A program made the position numbers and the translations under genes. Of a DNA stretch of 64,000 nt, positions 27,567 through 37,559 are shown one piece after another. The stretch is from the NCBI GenBank assembly GCA_904419385.1, contig CAJFRI010000001.1, positions 5,098-69,097 of the forward strand, in the 5' to 3' direction. The number at the start of each line of letters is the position of its first letter. Positions within the stretch are counted from its first letter, which is position 1. The notes beneath the pieces were generated by a model. It did not search any database, had not been told where the DNA came from, and was given only the letters and a program-made list of their open reading frames with translations. The DNA is from Candidatus Heteroscillospira lomanii. GTDB taxonomy: Bacteria; Bacillota; Clostridia; Oscillospirales; Oscillospiraceae.

Positions 27567-28627
27567 GCCGTTTTCTCGACGGGCGCTTCTCGCACCTCGA
27601 GGCCTATGCCCCTGGCGAGCAGCCGCGTGATAAAAAATACGTCAAGCTCAACACCAACGAGTCGCCGTACCCGCCCTCGCCCAAGGTCATCGCCGCGATA
27701 AACTCCGCCGAGGTGGCCGACCTGCGGCTCTACCCCGACCCCACGGCCGTCTCGCTCAGGACGGCCATCGCCGGGCGCTATGGGCTCACGCCGGAGCAGG
27801 TGAGCGTCGGCAGCGGCTCGGACGACCTGCTGAACTTCTGCTTCATGGCTTTCTGCGGCTCCGGCACCGGCGCCGCCTTTCCCGATATAAGCTACGGTTT
27901 TTATAAGGTATACGGCGAGCTCTACGGCCTCGACTGCCGGGAGATACCGCTAAGAGAGGATTTCACCGTTGCCCCCGAGGACTGCTACGGGCTCGGGCGC
28001 ACGATATTCATAGCAAACCCCAATGCGCCGACCGGCCTCGCCCTCACGCGGGAGCAGCTGCGCGGCGTCATCGAGCACAACCGCGGCAGCGTGGTCGTCG
28101 TCGACGAGGCGTATGTCGACTTCGGCGCCGAGAGCTGCGCGCCGCTCGTGGATGAGTACGACAACCTCATCGTCACGCAGACGTTTTCAAAATCGCGCTC
28201 GCTCGCGGGCGCGAGGGTCGGCTTTGCTCTCGGCTCGAAAGAGCTCATCGCCGACCTCGAACTCATGAAGTTCTCGACCAACCCGTACAGCGTCAACCGC
28301 CTGAGCCTGCTGGCCGGCGAGGCCGCGATGCGCGACGGCGGCTACTTTGAGAAGTGCCGCGCCGCCGTCATCGCCGAGCGTGAGCGGACGCGCTCCGAGC
28401 TGCTTGCACGCGGGTTCGAGGTGCTGCCGAGCAGCGCGAACTTCGTGTTCGCCCGCCGGGACGGCACGCCGGGCAGGGAGCTCTTCCTCGCGCTGAGAGA
28501 GCGCGGGGTGCTCGTGCGCCGCTGGGACAGCCCGCGCATAGCAGACTGGCTGCGCATCACCATCGGCTCGCCCGAGGACATGGACGCGCTCATCGCCGCG
28601 CTGGACGATATTTTGAAGGGGGCATGA
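27563..28627 (+). CDS. hisC: histidinol-phosphate aminotransferase
   Basis: KLNTNESPYPPSP, VVDEAYVDF, TFSKSRSLAGARVG (PLP lysine motif). Confidence 0.93.
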   Translation: MSRFLDGRFSHLEAYAPGEQPRDKKYVKLNTNESPYPPSPKVIAAINSAEVADLRLYPDPTAVSLRTAIAGRYGLTPEQVSVGSGSDDLLNFCFMAFCGSGTGAAFPDISYGFYKVYGELYGLDCREIPLREDFTVAPEDCYGLGRTIFIANPNAPTGLALTREQLRGVIEHNRGSVVVVDEAYVDFGAESCAPLVDEYDNLIVTQTFSKSRSLAGARVGFALGSKELIADLELMKFSTNPYSVNRLSLLAGEAAMRDGGYFEKCRAAVIAERERTRSELLARGFEVLPSSANFVFARRDGTPGRELFLALRERGVLVRRWDSPRIADWLRITIGSPEDMDALIAALDDILKGA

Positions 28628-29220
28628 CCATGCAGAGGACGGCAGAAATAAAACGCAAGACCACGGAGACCGATATCGAGCTCTCGCTCTGCCTCGACGG
28701 CAGCGGCATCGCCGAGATACAGACAGGCTCCGGGTTTCTCAACCACATGCTCACAAGCTTTGCACGCCACGGCCGCTTTGACCTCACCGTGAGGTGCACG
28801 GGCGACACCTGGGTCGACTACCACCACACCGTTGAGGACGTGGGCATATGCCTCGGCGAGGCGATAGCCGCGGCGCTCGGCGACATGCGCGGCGTCACAC
28901 GCTTCGGCAGCGCCGTGATACCTATGGACGAGGCGCTTGTCCTCGCCGCCGTCGACCTCTCGGGCAGGGCCTGCCTCGGCTATGCGCTCGAGATACCGGC
29001 CCAAAAGGTCGGCGACTTCGACACCGAGCTCGCCGAGGAGTTCTTCCTCGGGCTCGTGCGCACGGCGCGCATGACCCTGCACCTGCGCAGCCTCGCCGGC
29101 AAAAACTCGCACCACATCATCGAGGGCGCGTTCAAGTCATTTGCGCGCGCTCTGCGCCAGGCCGTGTCGATAGACCCTGCCGCTGCCGGAGAGATACCCT
29201 CGACCAAGGGGGTGCTCTGA
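28624..29220 (+). CDS. hisB: imidazoleglycerol-phosphate dehydratase
   Basis: RKTTETDI...GSGFLNHML..., DYHHTVEDVGI, NSHHIIEGAFKSFARAL. Confidence 0.95.
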   Translation: MTMQRTAEIKRKTTETDIELSLCLDGSGIAEIQTGSGFLNHMLTSFARHGRFDLTVRCTGDTWVDYHHTVEDVGICLGEAIAAALGDMRGVTRFGSAVIPMDEALVLAAVDLSGRACLGYALEIPAQKVGDFDTELAEEFFLGLVRTARMTLHLRSLAGKNSHHIIEGAFKSFARALRQAVSIDPAAAGEIPSTKGVL

Positions 29221-29222
29221 GC

Positions 29223-29840
29223 ATGGTGACCGTCATAGACTACGGGGTGGGCAACCTCTTCTCGCTTGCGAGCTCCCTGCGCGCCATAGGCGAGGAGGCC
29301 GTCGTGACCGGCGACGCGGACAAGGTCCGCTCGGCCGGGAGGCTGATCCTGCCGGGAGTCGGCGCTTTCGGCGACGCGGCCGAAAAGCTGCGGCGCGGCG
29401 GGCTGTATGAGGCCTTGCTCGACGCCGCCGGGCGCGGCGTGCCACTGCTCGGCATATGCCTCGGAATGCAGCTCCTGTTCGACGAGAGTTTTGAGTACGG
29501 GCGGCACCGCGGGCTCGGGCTCATCCCCGGCGCCGTGCGCGCCATGGAGCCGGTGGACAAGTCGCTCAAGATCCCGCACATGGGCTGGAACGCCCTGCAC
29601 ATCACCCAGCCCTGCCCCATTTTGAAGAACACCCGCGAGGGCGAGCACATGTATTTCGTACACAGCTACTATGCCGATACCGCGCCGGAGAACATCTTTG
29701 CCACGGCGGAGTACGGCATGGAGGTGCCCGCCGTCGTCGGGCGCGGCAGCGTGTTCGGAGCGCAGTTCCACCCGGAGAAGAGCGGAGAGCGCGGACTTGC
29801 CATCCTGCGCGCGTTCTGCGCGATGGAGGGACGGACATGA
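29223..29840 (+). CDS. hisH: imidazole glycerol phosphate synthase, glutaminase subunit
   Basis: VIDYGVGNL, PGVGAFG, GICLGMQLL, VHSYY, QFHPEKS. Confidence 0.95.
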   Translation: MVTVIDYGVGNLFSLASSLRAIGEEAVVTGDADKVRSAGRLILPGVGAFGDAAEKLRRGGLYEALLDAAGRGVPLLGICLGMQLLFDESFEYGRHRGLGLIPGAVRAMEPVDKSLKIPHMGWNALHITQPCPILKNTREGEHMYFVHSYYADTAPENIFATAEYGMEVPAVVGRGSVFGAQFHPEKSGERGLAILRAFCAMEGRT

Positions 29841-30553
29841 ACATCTTCCCTGCCATAGACATCTACGGCGGCAAGGCCGTGCGCCTCTACAAGGGCGACT
29901 ACGCGCAGATGACCGTGTACAGCGATGAGCCCGAGGAGGTCGCCCGCTCGTTCAGGGACGCGGGCGCGGAATACATCCACCTCGTCGATCTCGAGGGCGC
30001 GCGCAGCGGCGGCACGCCGAACATCGCGCTCATAGAGCGCATCATCTCCTCGAGCGGCCTCAGGGCCGAGATAGGCGGCGGAGTGCGCAGCGAGGAGGTC
30101 GTGAAGGCCTACCTCGGCGCGGGGGCCGAGCGCGTCATCCTCGGCACCGCCGCGGTGACCGACCCGGGCTTCACCCGCGAGATGGCCGCGAAATACGGCG
30201 CGGGCATAGCCGTCGGCGTCGATATCAAAGACGGCTTCGTCGCCACCCACGGGTGGACGGAGCTCTCGGACAGCGACTGCTTCGGCTTCTGCCGCGAGCT
30301 GGCGGACGCCGGAGTGAAAACCGTCATCTGCACCGATGTGTCGCGCGACGGCGCGATGCGCGGGACGAATCTGGAGCTCTACCGCGAGCTGCAGAGCCGG
30401 TTCCCGCTCGACATAGTCGCGTCCGGCGGGGTCTCGAGCCTGGACGACGTGCGCGCGCTGCGCGGCATGGGGCTCTACGGGGCCATACTCGGCAAGGCGC
30501 TCTACACCGGCGCCGTGAGCCTGGCCGAGGCCATTGAGGAGGCGAGAGCATGA
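29837..30553 (+). CDS. hisA: 1-(5-phosphoribosyl)-5-[(5-phosphoribosylamino)methylideneamino]imidazole-4-carboxamide isomerase
   Basis: IFPAIDIYGGKAVRL, HLVDLEGA, IGGGVRS, ASGGVSSLDD. Confidence 0.95.
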   Translation: MNIFPAIDIYGGKAVRLYKGDYAQMTVYSDEPEEVARSFRDAGAEYIHLVDLEGARSGGTPNIALIERIISSSGLRAEIGGGVRSEEVVKAYLGAGAERVILGTAAVTDPGFTREMAAKYGAGIAVGVDIKDGFVATHGWTELSDSDCFGFCRELADAGVKTVICTDVSRDGAMRGTNLELYRELQSRFPLDIVASGGVSSLDDVRALRGMGLYGAILGKALYTGAVSLAEAIEEARA

Positions 30554-31311
30554 TAACAAAACGCATAATCCCCTGCCTCGACGTGCGCGACGGCCGCGTC
30601 GTCAAGGGAGTCAACTTCGAGGGCCTGAGCGATGTGTCGTCTCCTGTCGAACTGGGAAAATTTTACAGCGACAACGGCGCCGATGAGCTCGTTTTTTACG
30701 ATATCACCGCCTCCGCCGAGGGGCGCGCCCTGTTCACGGATATCCTCCGCCGCGTGGCCGAGACCATATTCATCCCGCTCACTGTGGGCGGAGGCATCAA
30801 CACCGTCGACGACTTCGACCGCGTGCTCAAATGCGGGGCGGACAAGGTGAGCGTGAACTCCGGCGCGATACGCGACCCTGAGCTCATAACGGCCGCCGCG
30901 CGCAAGTACGGCGACCAGTGCGTCGTGCTCTCGGCCGACATCAAGCGCGTGGACGGGCGCTTCACCCTCTTCGCCCGCGGCGGGCGCGACGATACCGGGC
31001 TCGACGCGATAGAGTGGATCAAAAAGGGCGTGGAGCGCGGCGCCGGCGAGATAGTCGTCAACAGCATAGACACCGACGGTGTCAAGGGCGGCTTCGATCT
31101 CGAGCTGCTCGAGGCCGTGTGCTCGGCGGTGCATGTGCCGGTCATCGCCTCGGGCGGAGCCGGCTGCATCGGGGATTTCATAGAGCTGTTCAAAAAGCTG
31201 CCGGCTGTGGACGCGGGGCTCGCCGCCTCGATCTTCCACTTCGGCGAGGTGGAAATACCCGTGCTCAAGCGCGAGCTCGCCGGGGCCGGGATAAATGTGC
31301 GGGAGGTTTGA
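30550..31311 (+). CDS. hisF: imidazole glycerol phosphate synthase, cyclase subunit
   Basis: [58 protein letters not shown]. Confidence 0.96.
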   Translation: MITKRIIPCLDVRDGRVVKGVNFEGLSDVSSPVELGKFYSDNGADELVFYDITASAEGRALFTDILRRVAETIFIPLTVGGGINTVDDFDRVLKCGADKVSVNSGAIRDPELITAAARKYGDQCVVLSADIKRVDGRFTLFARGGRDDTGLDAIEWIKKGVERGAGEIVVNSIDTDGVKGGFDLELLEAVCSAVHVPVIASGGAGCIGDFIELFKKLPAVDAGLAASIFHFGEVEIPVLKRELAGAGINVREV

Positions 31312-31313
31312 AA

Positions 31314-31961
31314 ATGATAGGCATAGACGAGATAAAGTTTGATGAACGCGGGCTCGTGCCCGCGATAGTCGCCGAGGCGGGCACGGGCAAGGTGCTCACC
31401 CTGGCATACATGAACCGCGAGAGCCTCGGGATAAGCATGCGCGAGGGGCGCACCTGCTTCTGGAGCCGCTCTCGCGGAGAGCTCTGGCGCAAGGGCGAGA
31501 CCAGCGGCAACGTGCAGCACATAGTCGAGATCATTGCCGACTGCGACCGCGACGCCCTGCTCGTGCTCGTGAACAAAGACGGCCCCGCCTGCCATCTGGG
31601 CACGGACTCGTGCTTCACCGCGCCGGTCTATATCAGCGAGAGCGAGAGCGCTTTCTCCCTCGAGGGGCTCTACGGCCTGCTCCAGGGCCGCAAGCGCGAT
31701 ATGCCCGAGGGCTCGTACACGAGCTATCTGTTTGAGAAGGGGCTCGACAAGATACTCAAGAAAGTCGGCGAGGAGTGCACCGAGGTCATCATCGCCGCCA
31801 AGGCCGAGGACAAGCGCGAGACCATCTATGAGATCGCCGACCTCGCCTATCACGTCATGGTGCTGATGGTCGAGGCGGGCATAAGCCTCGACGAGGTGCG
31901 CGCCGAGCTCGCCTCGCGCCACGTCATCGACCACAAGGTCAAGCAGGAGAAAATGGTCTGA
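31314..31961 (+). CDS. hisI: bifunctional phosphoribosyl-AMP cyclohydrolase / phosphoribosyl-ATP pyrophosphatase
   Basis: [50 protein letters not shown] (HisI part). Then [23 protein letters not shown]...[10 protein letters not shown] (HisE part). Confidence 0.93.
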   Translation: MIGIDEIKFDERGLVPAIVAEAGTGKVLTLAYMNRESLGISMREGRTCFWSRSRGELWRKGETSGNVQHIVEIIADCDRDALLVLVNKDGPACHLGTDSCFTAPVYISESESAFSLEGLYGLLQGRKRDMPEGSYTSYLFEKGLDKILKKVGEECTEVIIAAKAEDKRETIYEIADLAYHVMVLMVEAGISLDEVRAELASRHVIDHKVKQEKMV

Positions 31962-31981
31962 GCATGAGCTCCGGATACACG

Positions 31982-32017
31982 AAAAGCCGCCGCGTTCATA
32001 AGAACGCGGCGGCTTTT
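31982..32017. terminator. bidirectional terminator between the his operon and serS
   Basis: AAAAGCCGCCGCGTTC-ataa-GAACGCGGCGGCTTTT, a 16-bp stem with A/T runs on both sides. Confidence 0.9.
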
Positions 32018-32038
32018 CGCCGTATATCTCTGAGGATC

Positions 32039-33331
32039 TTATTTCTTCGGCTCGATTACCTCGAGTCCGCCGAGGTACTTGCGCAGCACCTCGGGCACGA
32101 CGACGCTGCCGTCGGCGCGCTGGTTCTGCTCGACCATGGCGGGGAAAATGCGGCTGGTGGCGAGGCCGGAGCCGTTGAGCGTGTGTACGAACTCGGTCTT
32201 GCCGCCGTCGGCGCGCCTCATGCGGATGTTGCCGCGGCGGGCCTGGTAGTCGCGGGCGTTGGACACGGAGGAGACCTCTTTATATCCGTTCATCGAGGGG
32301 ATGAGTATCTCTATGTCGTAGGTGCGGGCCATGGAGGCGGAGCAGTCGCCCGCGGCGAGCTTGACGGTGCGGAAGTGGAAGCCGAGCCCGCTGACCAGCT
32401 TCTCGGCCTTGGTGACGAGCTCGTCGAAGGCCGCGTCGGAGTCCTCCGGGCGGGTGAACTGGAACATCTCGACCTTGTTGAACTGATGTCCGCGCACCAT
32501 GCCGCGCTCGTCCGAGCGGTAGGAGCCGGCCTCGCGGCGGAAGCAGGGGGTGTAGGCGAAGAATTTCTTCGGCAGGTCCTCCTCGTTCAGTATCTCGTCG
32601 CGGTAGACGCTCGCGAGAGCGGCCTCGGCGGTGGGCAGCATGTAGTGCACGCGGTCGTCCGTCGGGTTTTCGATCTTGTAGACCTCGTCGGCGAATTTGG
32701 GGAACTGGCCGGCGGTCAGGCCGCACTGGTACTCGAGCATGTGCGGCGGGAGGATGAACTCATAGCCGTCGGCGAGGTGGCAGTCGATGAAGTAGTTGAG
32801 CAGGGCCCACTCGAGCTGAGCGCCGAGGCCCTTGTACATCCAGAAGCCGCTGCCGGCGAGCTTGGTGCCGCGGTCGTAGTCGATGAGGCCGAGGTTCGTG
32901 CACAGATCGACATGGTGCTTCGGCTCGAAGTCAAAGCTGTGTTTTTCTCCGAAGTAGCGTATGGGCTCGTTGTTCTCCTTGCCGCCGGGCTTGAGGTCGC
33001 GGTCGGGCAGGTTTGGCAGGCTGAGCATGAGGGCGCGGTACTCGTCGTCGACGGCTTTCAGCTCGGCGTCGAACGACTTGATGGCCTCTTTCAGCTCGTT
33101 CATGCGGGCGAACACGGCGGAGGTGTCCTCGCCGGCTTTTTTCATGGCGGGGATCTGCTTGGTGGCCTTGTTCTGCTCGCTCTTGGCGTTCTCGGTCTTG
33201 AAGATGAGCTCGCGGCGCTCGGCGTCGAGCTCGAGTATGCGGTCAACGGCTGCGTCGCAGTCGACCTCCTTGGCCTTGAGGCGCGCTTTGACGTCCTCAG
33301 GATTGTCGCGGATTATTTTGATGTCCAGCAT
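32039..33331 (-). CDS. serS: serine--tRNA ligase
   Basis: MLDIKIIRDNPE, N-terminal coiled coil, class II motifs (FRREAGS, GHQFNKVEMF, RTYDIE...LNGSGLATSR). Confidence 0.96.
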   Translation of the reverse strand: MLDIKIIRDNPEDVKARLKAKEVDCDAAVDRILELDAERRELIFKTENAKSEQNKATKQIPAMKKAGEDTSAVFARMNELKEAIKSFDAELKAVDDEYRALMLSLPNLPDRDLKPGGKENNEPIRYFGEKHSFDFEPKHHVDLCTNLGLIDYDRGTKLAGSGFWMYKGLGAQLEWALLNYFIDCHLADGYEFILPPHMLEYQCGLTAGQFPKFADEVYKIENPTDDRVHYMLPTAEAALASVYRDEILNEEDLPKKFFAYTPCFRREAGSYRSDERGMVRGHQFNKVEMFQFTRPEDSDAAFDELVTKAEKLVSGLGFHFRTVKLAAGDCSASMARTYDIEILIPSMNGYKEVSSVSNARDYQARRGNIRMRRADGGKTEFVHTLNGSGLATSRIFPAMVEQNQRADGSVVVPEVLRKYLGGLEVIEPKK

Positions 33332-33374
33332 TTCGATTACTCCCTGTTATTTAAAATATTATGTATTGTATAAA

Positions 33375-34271
33375 CTACAGCTTGCCCAGGCGTATAAGCG
33401 CGCTTATCAGGGCTTCCCTGTCGTCTGCACTGTAATATTCGAGCTCGATGCGTCCCTTTTTGCGCCCGTCGACTATCTTCACGCGGCGGCCGAGCGCCTG
33501 CTCGAGATCTTTCTCCGTCTCGGCTGCGTAGTCGACCTTCAGCTCGTCGGCTGGCTTCGGCGCGTCGTTTTTGGCCGTCTCCTTGGCGAGCCGGGCGCAC
33601 AGGCGCTCTGTCTGCCGCACCGACAGTCCCTGGGCGACGATGGTGTTCGCCGCGGCCTCCTGGGCGGCGCTGTCGCCTATGGCGAGCAGGCATTTGGCGT
33701 GCCCCGTACTCAGCAGTCCCTGTTCCAGCAGCTCTGAGACGTAGGGGCAGAGGTTCAGCAGGCGCAGCGAGTTCGCCACTGCTGAGCGGGATTTGCCGAC
33801 GCTCTGCGCCGCCTCCTCCTGCGTCATGCCGTAGTCTGTCATGAGCGCGCGCAGGCCGCGTGCTTCCTCGATTGGGTTCAGGTCCTCGCGCTGGAGGTTT
33901 TCGACGAGCGCGAGCTCGCTCACGCGTCTGTCGTCAGCGTCCAGCACACGCACCGGGACCTCCGTAAGCCCCGCCATGCGCGCCGCGCGCCAGCGGCGCT
34001 CGCCGGCGATTATCTGATAGTAGCCGCCCTCGAGCGGCCGGACGGTTATCGGCTGTATCATGCCGTACTGTCTGATGGATTCGCTCAGTTCGGCGAGCGC
34101 GACTTCGTCAAAGGTACAGCGCGGCTGCTCCTGCCTTGGCTCTACCTTTGCTATTGGCAGCTCCAGTATGGGCTTGTCCCCGGTCTCGACCGGCTCGTCG
34201 GGCTCGTCGTTCAGGCTTCCGAACAGGGCGCCGAGGCCCGTTCCAAGCCCTTTTTTGCTTTTATCGGCCAT
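33375..34271 (-). CDS. parB: chromosome partitioning protein ParB (Spo0J)
   Basis: [48 protein letters not shown], and an HTH. Overlaps the parA stop. Confidence 0.93.
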   Translation of the reverse strand: MADKSKKGLGTGLGALFGSLNDEPDEPVETGDKPILELPIAKVEPRQEQPRCTFDEVALAELSESIRQYGMIQPITVRPLEGGYYQIIAGERRWRAARMAGLTEVPVRVLDADDRRVSELALVENLQREDLNPIEEARGLRALMTDYGMTQEEAAQSVGKSRSAVANSLRLLNLCPYVSELLEQGLLSTGHAKCLLAIGDSAAQEAAANTIVAQGLSVRQTERLCARLAKETAKNDAPKPADELKVDYAAETEKDLEQALGRRVKIVDGRKKGRIELEYYSADDREALISALIRLGKL

Positions 34272-35031
34272 TTTGCGCCTCCTGTCTCTTGAGAAATTCG
34301 TTCGCCAGCTTGAGATATGCCCTGCTGCCCTTCGAGAGCCTGTCGTAAGCGATCACGGGCTTTCCGTGGCTCGGAGCCTCAGCCAGACGCACGTTTCGCG
34401 GTATCATTGTCTTGTAGACCTGGTCGCCGAAGTATTTGCGCAGCTCGTCCGCCACCTGGTTTGAGAAGTTTGTCCTGCCGTCATACATGGTGAGCACGAT
34501 GCCCTCTATCTTCAGACGCGGATTGAGCTTTTTGTTCGTGAGCTTTATCGTTGTCGTGAGGTCGGCTATACCCTCCATTGCGTAATATTCGCACTGCACG
34601 GGCACGAGCACTGAGTCGGCGGCGACGAGCGCGTTCAGCGTCAGCAGCTCGAGCGAGGGCGGGCAGTCGATGAATATGTAGTCATACTTGTCCTTTATTG
34701 CGTCAAGCGCCGTTTTCAGCACGAACTCGCGCTTTTTCGCGCCGACCAGCTCGACTGTCGCTCCGGACAGGTCCTTGTTTGATGGTATGACGTCGCCGTA
34801 TTTTGTCGTGACGACGCATTTTTCCGCGCTCTCGTCGTTTATCAATATGTCGTAGATGTTGGGAGAGGCGGTTTTCTCGACGCCCATACCCGAGGTGCTG
34901 TTGCCCTGAGGGTCGGCGTCGCATAGCAGCACCCGCCTGCCCCGGTTGCGCAGCGCGCAGCACAGGCTGGTGCATGTGGTCGTTTTGCCGACGCCACCCT
35001 TCTGGTTAGCGACGGCGATGATCTTTCCCAT
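34261..35031 (-). CDS. parA: chromosome partitioning ATPase ParA (Soj)
   Basis: Deviant Walker A KGGVGKTTT, DCPPSL, and the RLAEAPSHGKPVI tail. Confidence 0.95.
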   Translation of the reverse strand: MGKIIAVANQKGGVGKTTTCTSLCCALRNRGRRVLLCDADPQGNSTSGMGVEKTASPNIYDILINDESAEKCVVTTKYGDVIPSNKDLSGATVELVGAKKREFVLKTALDAIKDKYDYIFIDCPPSLELLTLNALVAADSVLVPVQCEYYAMEGIADLTTTIKLTNKKLNPRLKIEGIVLTMYDGRTNFSNQVADELRKYFGDQVYKTMIPRNVRLAEAPSHGKPVIAYDRLSKGSRAYLKLANEFLKRQEAQNGR

Positions 35032-35110
35032 GGCTTACCTCGTTTAAATTCTAGTGTACGCTGTCGATTATACCACCTTGTTGTATCCTTTTCAATCGTT
35101 TTATGACGAT

Positions 35111-35126
35111 TGTTCCACGTGGAACA
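35111..35126. promoter_or_regulatory. parS site 1 (ParB binding/loading site)
   Basis: TGTTCCACGTGGAACA, a perfect 16-bp palindrome. It matches the Firmicute parS consensus TGTTNCACGTGAAACA except for a symmetric A-to-G change. It lies 80 bp upstream of the parA start. Confidence 0.85.
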
Positions 35127-35135
35127 TGGGGAGAA

Positions 35136-35151
35136 TGTTCCACGTGGAACA
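35136..35151. promoter_or_regulatory. parS site 2
   Basis: An identical TGTTCCACGTGGAACA, 25 bp centre-to-centre from site 1. Confidence 0.85.
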
Positions 35152-35156
35152 AAGCT

Positions 35157-36056
35157 TCAAGAGATGAGCATGTCGATGTCAGCGGCGGTCAGGCCCGGGT
35201 GCAGTGCTAGATCAATGGAGTATCCGACAAGCTTGGCGGCGTCGCGCGCGAGGCGGTCGATGTCACGCGGAGTGACTATGAGCCCAGTTTGCGGCAGGGC
35301 CTTCGGCTCGACCTCGACCCCGGCCGCCGAGGCAAGCTCGGCCGCGATCGCAGTCGCATCGACCACGGTCGGCACGCCGACGGCGATCACCGGCACGCCG
35401 AGAGTCTCACGTGAGAGGGCCTCGCGTGCGTTGCCGACGCCTGAGCCCGGCACTATGCCGGCGTCACTCAGCTGCACGGTTCGGCAGAGCCTCTCCGTGC
35501 TGAGCGAGGCGAGCGCATCTACGGCGATCACCGCCGCTGGAGACAGCTCGCGGCAAAGCATTGCGATGAGCTGTGCTGACTCCACGCCTGTCGTGCCAAG
35601 CACTCCGCTGCGCACAGCCGCGACGGGGCGGAACGACGCGAACTCCGGCAGTGAAGTCAGGTGACGGGTGACAAGTACGCTGTCCATTGCCCAGGGGCCT
35701 ATGGCGTCGGGCGTGATATACTCGTTGCCGAGCCCGGCGGCGAGCACACAGGCGCCCTCCGGCAGCTCGCCGAGCAGTGAGCGCAGCTCACGCGCGAGTA
35801 TGCCGGCGCAGATCTCAAATGAATTTTCCTCACGGCGCAGCAGCGGCGTAAATTCCAGCGTGATATATTCGCCAATAGGTTTACATAACGATAGAGCGCC
35901 GCGCTCATCCAACACGCTCACGCGTGTGAGGTGAAAGCCCTGCTCGTCGCTGGTCTGTTCTCTCACTCCGTCTATCCCGCCTCCGCGGCGCTCGCTCTCC
36001 TCGAGCGCGAGGTCGGTCCGTACAGCCGAAAACTCCATATATAGCGGCACCTCCAT
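35157..36056 (-). CDS. gpr: GPR endopeptidase (spore germination protease)
   Basis: VRTDLALE, ITLEF, GLGNEYITPDAIGP, GVESAQLI, AVDALAS, LSDAGIVPGSGVGN, GVPVIAVGVPTVVDA. The start may instead be ATG 36038. Confidence 0.88.
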   Translation of the reverse strand: MEVPLYMEFSAVRTDLALEESERRGGGIDGVREQTSDEQGFHLTRVSVLDERGALSLCKPIGEYITLEFTPLLRREENSFEICAGILARELRSLLGELPEGACVLAAGLGNEYITPDAIGPWAMDSVLVTRHLTSLPEFASFRPVAAVRSGVLGTTGVESAQLIAMLCRELSPAAVIAVDALASLSTERLCRTVQLSDAGIVPGSGVGNAREALSRETLGVPVIAVGVPTVVDATAIAAELASAAGVEVEPKALPQTGLIVTPRDIDRLARDAAKLVGYSIDLALHPGLTAADIDMLIS

Positions 36057-36126
36057 AAGTTTTTTCTAGTTTTCTGGGGAGCAGCCGCATTATTCGCCGA
36101 GTGATGAAAATTTTTTGAAAAAACTC

Positions 36127-36155
36127 TTGATTTTTCTGGCTTTTAGTGCTATGAT
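36127..36155 (+). promoter_or_regulatory. rpsT promoter
   Basis: TTGATT (36127-36132), 17-nt spacer, TGcTATGAT (extended -10, ends at 36155). Confidence 0.6.
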
Positions 36156-36218
36156 ACTTATCCACGGGTCTGTATGGACCAGACTTTATATTTTATAGGA
36201 GGAGGTGGCAAAAGCAAC

Positions 36219-36479
36219 ATGCCCAACATTAAATCCGCAATCAAGAGGAATCAACTCGCGAAAGCCAGAAACGCCAAGAACAAGGCCGAGAGGTCGGCTC
36301 TCAGGACTACTCTGAAAAAGTTCGACGCGGCGGTGGCTCAGGGCGACCGTGAAGCAGCCGCGACTACCTATAAAGTTGCCGTCAAGTGTGTTGACCGCGC
36401 GGCCGGCAAGGGTCTCATCCACAAGAATAATGCGGCCCACAAAAAGTCCAGCATGGCTCAGAAGATCAACGCCATGTGA
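36219..36479 (+). CDS. rpsT: 30S ribosomal protein S20
   Basis: MPNIKSAIKRNQLAKARNAKNKAERSALRTTLKKF... Start trimmed to ATG 36219 after AGGAGGAGG. Confidence 0.95.
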   Translation: MPNIKSAIKRNQLAKARNAKNKAERSALRTTLKKFDAAVAQGDREAAATTYKVAVKCVDRAAGKGLIHKNNAAHKKSSMAQKINAM

Positions 36480-36498
36480 GGCTGATCAGACACAGAGG

Positions 36499-36529
36499 GG
36501 GTACGGATTTACGTTCCGTACCCTTTTTT
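36499..36529 (+). terminator. rpsT terminator
   Basis: GGGTACGGA-tttacgt-TCCGTACCC followed by TTTTTT. Confidence 0.85.
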
Positions 36530-36547
36530 CGTACATAGGAGGCGGAC

Positions 36548-37555
36548 ATGCCAAGACTGAGCGTTATCCTCCCGGCCTACAACGCCGGGGACTTCCTCCG
36601 GCGCAGCGCGGGCAGCGTGCTTGCAAACACATACTGCGACCTTGAGCTCATCATAGTCGACGACGGCTCGTCGGACTCGACGGGAGACATATGCGCCGCC
36701 CTCGCGCGCGGCGACGGCAGAGTGCGCATAATCCGCCAGGAGAACGCGGGCGTCTCGTGCGCGCGCAACCGGGGCGTGGACGAGGCGTCGGGCGAGCTCA
36801 TCGCTTTTGTCGACGCCGACGACTTTGTCGAGCCGGACGCATACGAGACCATGATCTCGCTCATGGACGGGTCGGGCGCCGGCTGCGCCGCGTGCTCGTA
36901 TTACGACGAGTTCCCCGGCGGCTCTCGCGCCGACCGATCCCCGCCTATGCCGGAGGGCGTTTACGGGCCCGAGGACGTGCGGCGGGGGATAGTCCTGCCG
37001 CTGCTGTGCGACAGGCTGAGCACATCGCTCCTGCTCGGGACGGTGTGGCGCTATGTATTCAGCGCGCGGGTGATAAAAGAGGGCGGCATCCGCTTCTCGG
37101 GCGCGTATCTCGAGGACGAGATGTTCCTCATAGAGTATTTCTCCCACCCGTGCACCCTCGCCGTGAGCGGCGCGGCGCTGTACGGATATATGCAGAACCC
37201 GGCCTCGGTGACGAAGCGGTACCTGCGCGGGTTCGCCGGTACTTTCATGCGCAGCATGGAGATAAAGGCGGAGCTCGTCGAGCGCTTTGACATCCCGGCG
37301 CCGCCGGAGTGGCGCCTGAACAGCGCGTGGGCCGGGCTGCTCATCGCGGCGTCGAACGAGTTCGCGCCCGGCGCTCCAGCCGGCGGGGCGGGCAGGCTCA
37401 GGACCATCGCCGCCATGCCGCTCTTTGCCGAAGCGGTGCGAGACTATGTCCCGCGCGGCATGAGCCGCAACAAAACTCTCGCCGCGTTCTGCCTGCGGCA
37501 CAGGCTGTACGGCCTGCTCGCCGCTCTCTACGCGGTCAAGAACAGGGGGCGCTGA
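36548..37555 (+). CDS. family-2 glycosyltransferase
   Basis: LSVILPAYNAGDFL, IIVDDGSSD, and the DADD motif (FVDADDF). Confidence 0.88.
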   Translation: MPRLSVILPAYNAGDFLRRSAGSVLANTYCDLELIIVDDGSSDSTGDICAALARGDGRVRIIRQENAGVSCARNRGVDEASGELIAFVDADDFVEPDAYETMISLMDGSGAGCAACSYYDEFPGGSRADRSPPMPEGVYGPEDVRRGIVLPLLCDRLSTSLLLGTVWRYVFSARVIKEGGIRFSGAYLEDEMFLIEYFSHPCTLAVSGAALYGYMQNPASVTKRYLRGFAGTFMRSMEIKAELVERFDIPAPPEWRLNSAWAGLLIAASNEFAPGAPAGGAGRLRTIAAMPLFAEAVRDYVPRGMSRNKTLAAFCLRHRLYGLLAALYAVKNRGR

Positions 37556-37559
37556 CAAT

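Noticed and set aside
36158-36166. DnaA-box-like TTATCCACG in the rpsT leader, considered as a hint of oriC.
   Set aside because: It is a single 8/9 match with no cluster of boxes, no AT-rich unwinding element and no dnaA/dnaN nearby. Chance occurrence is likely.
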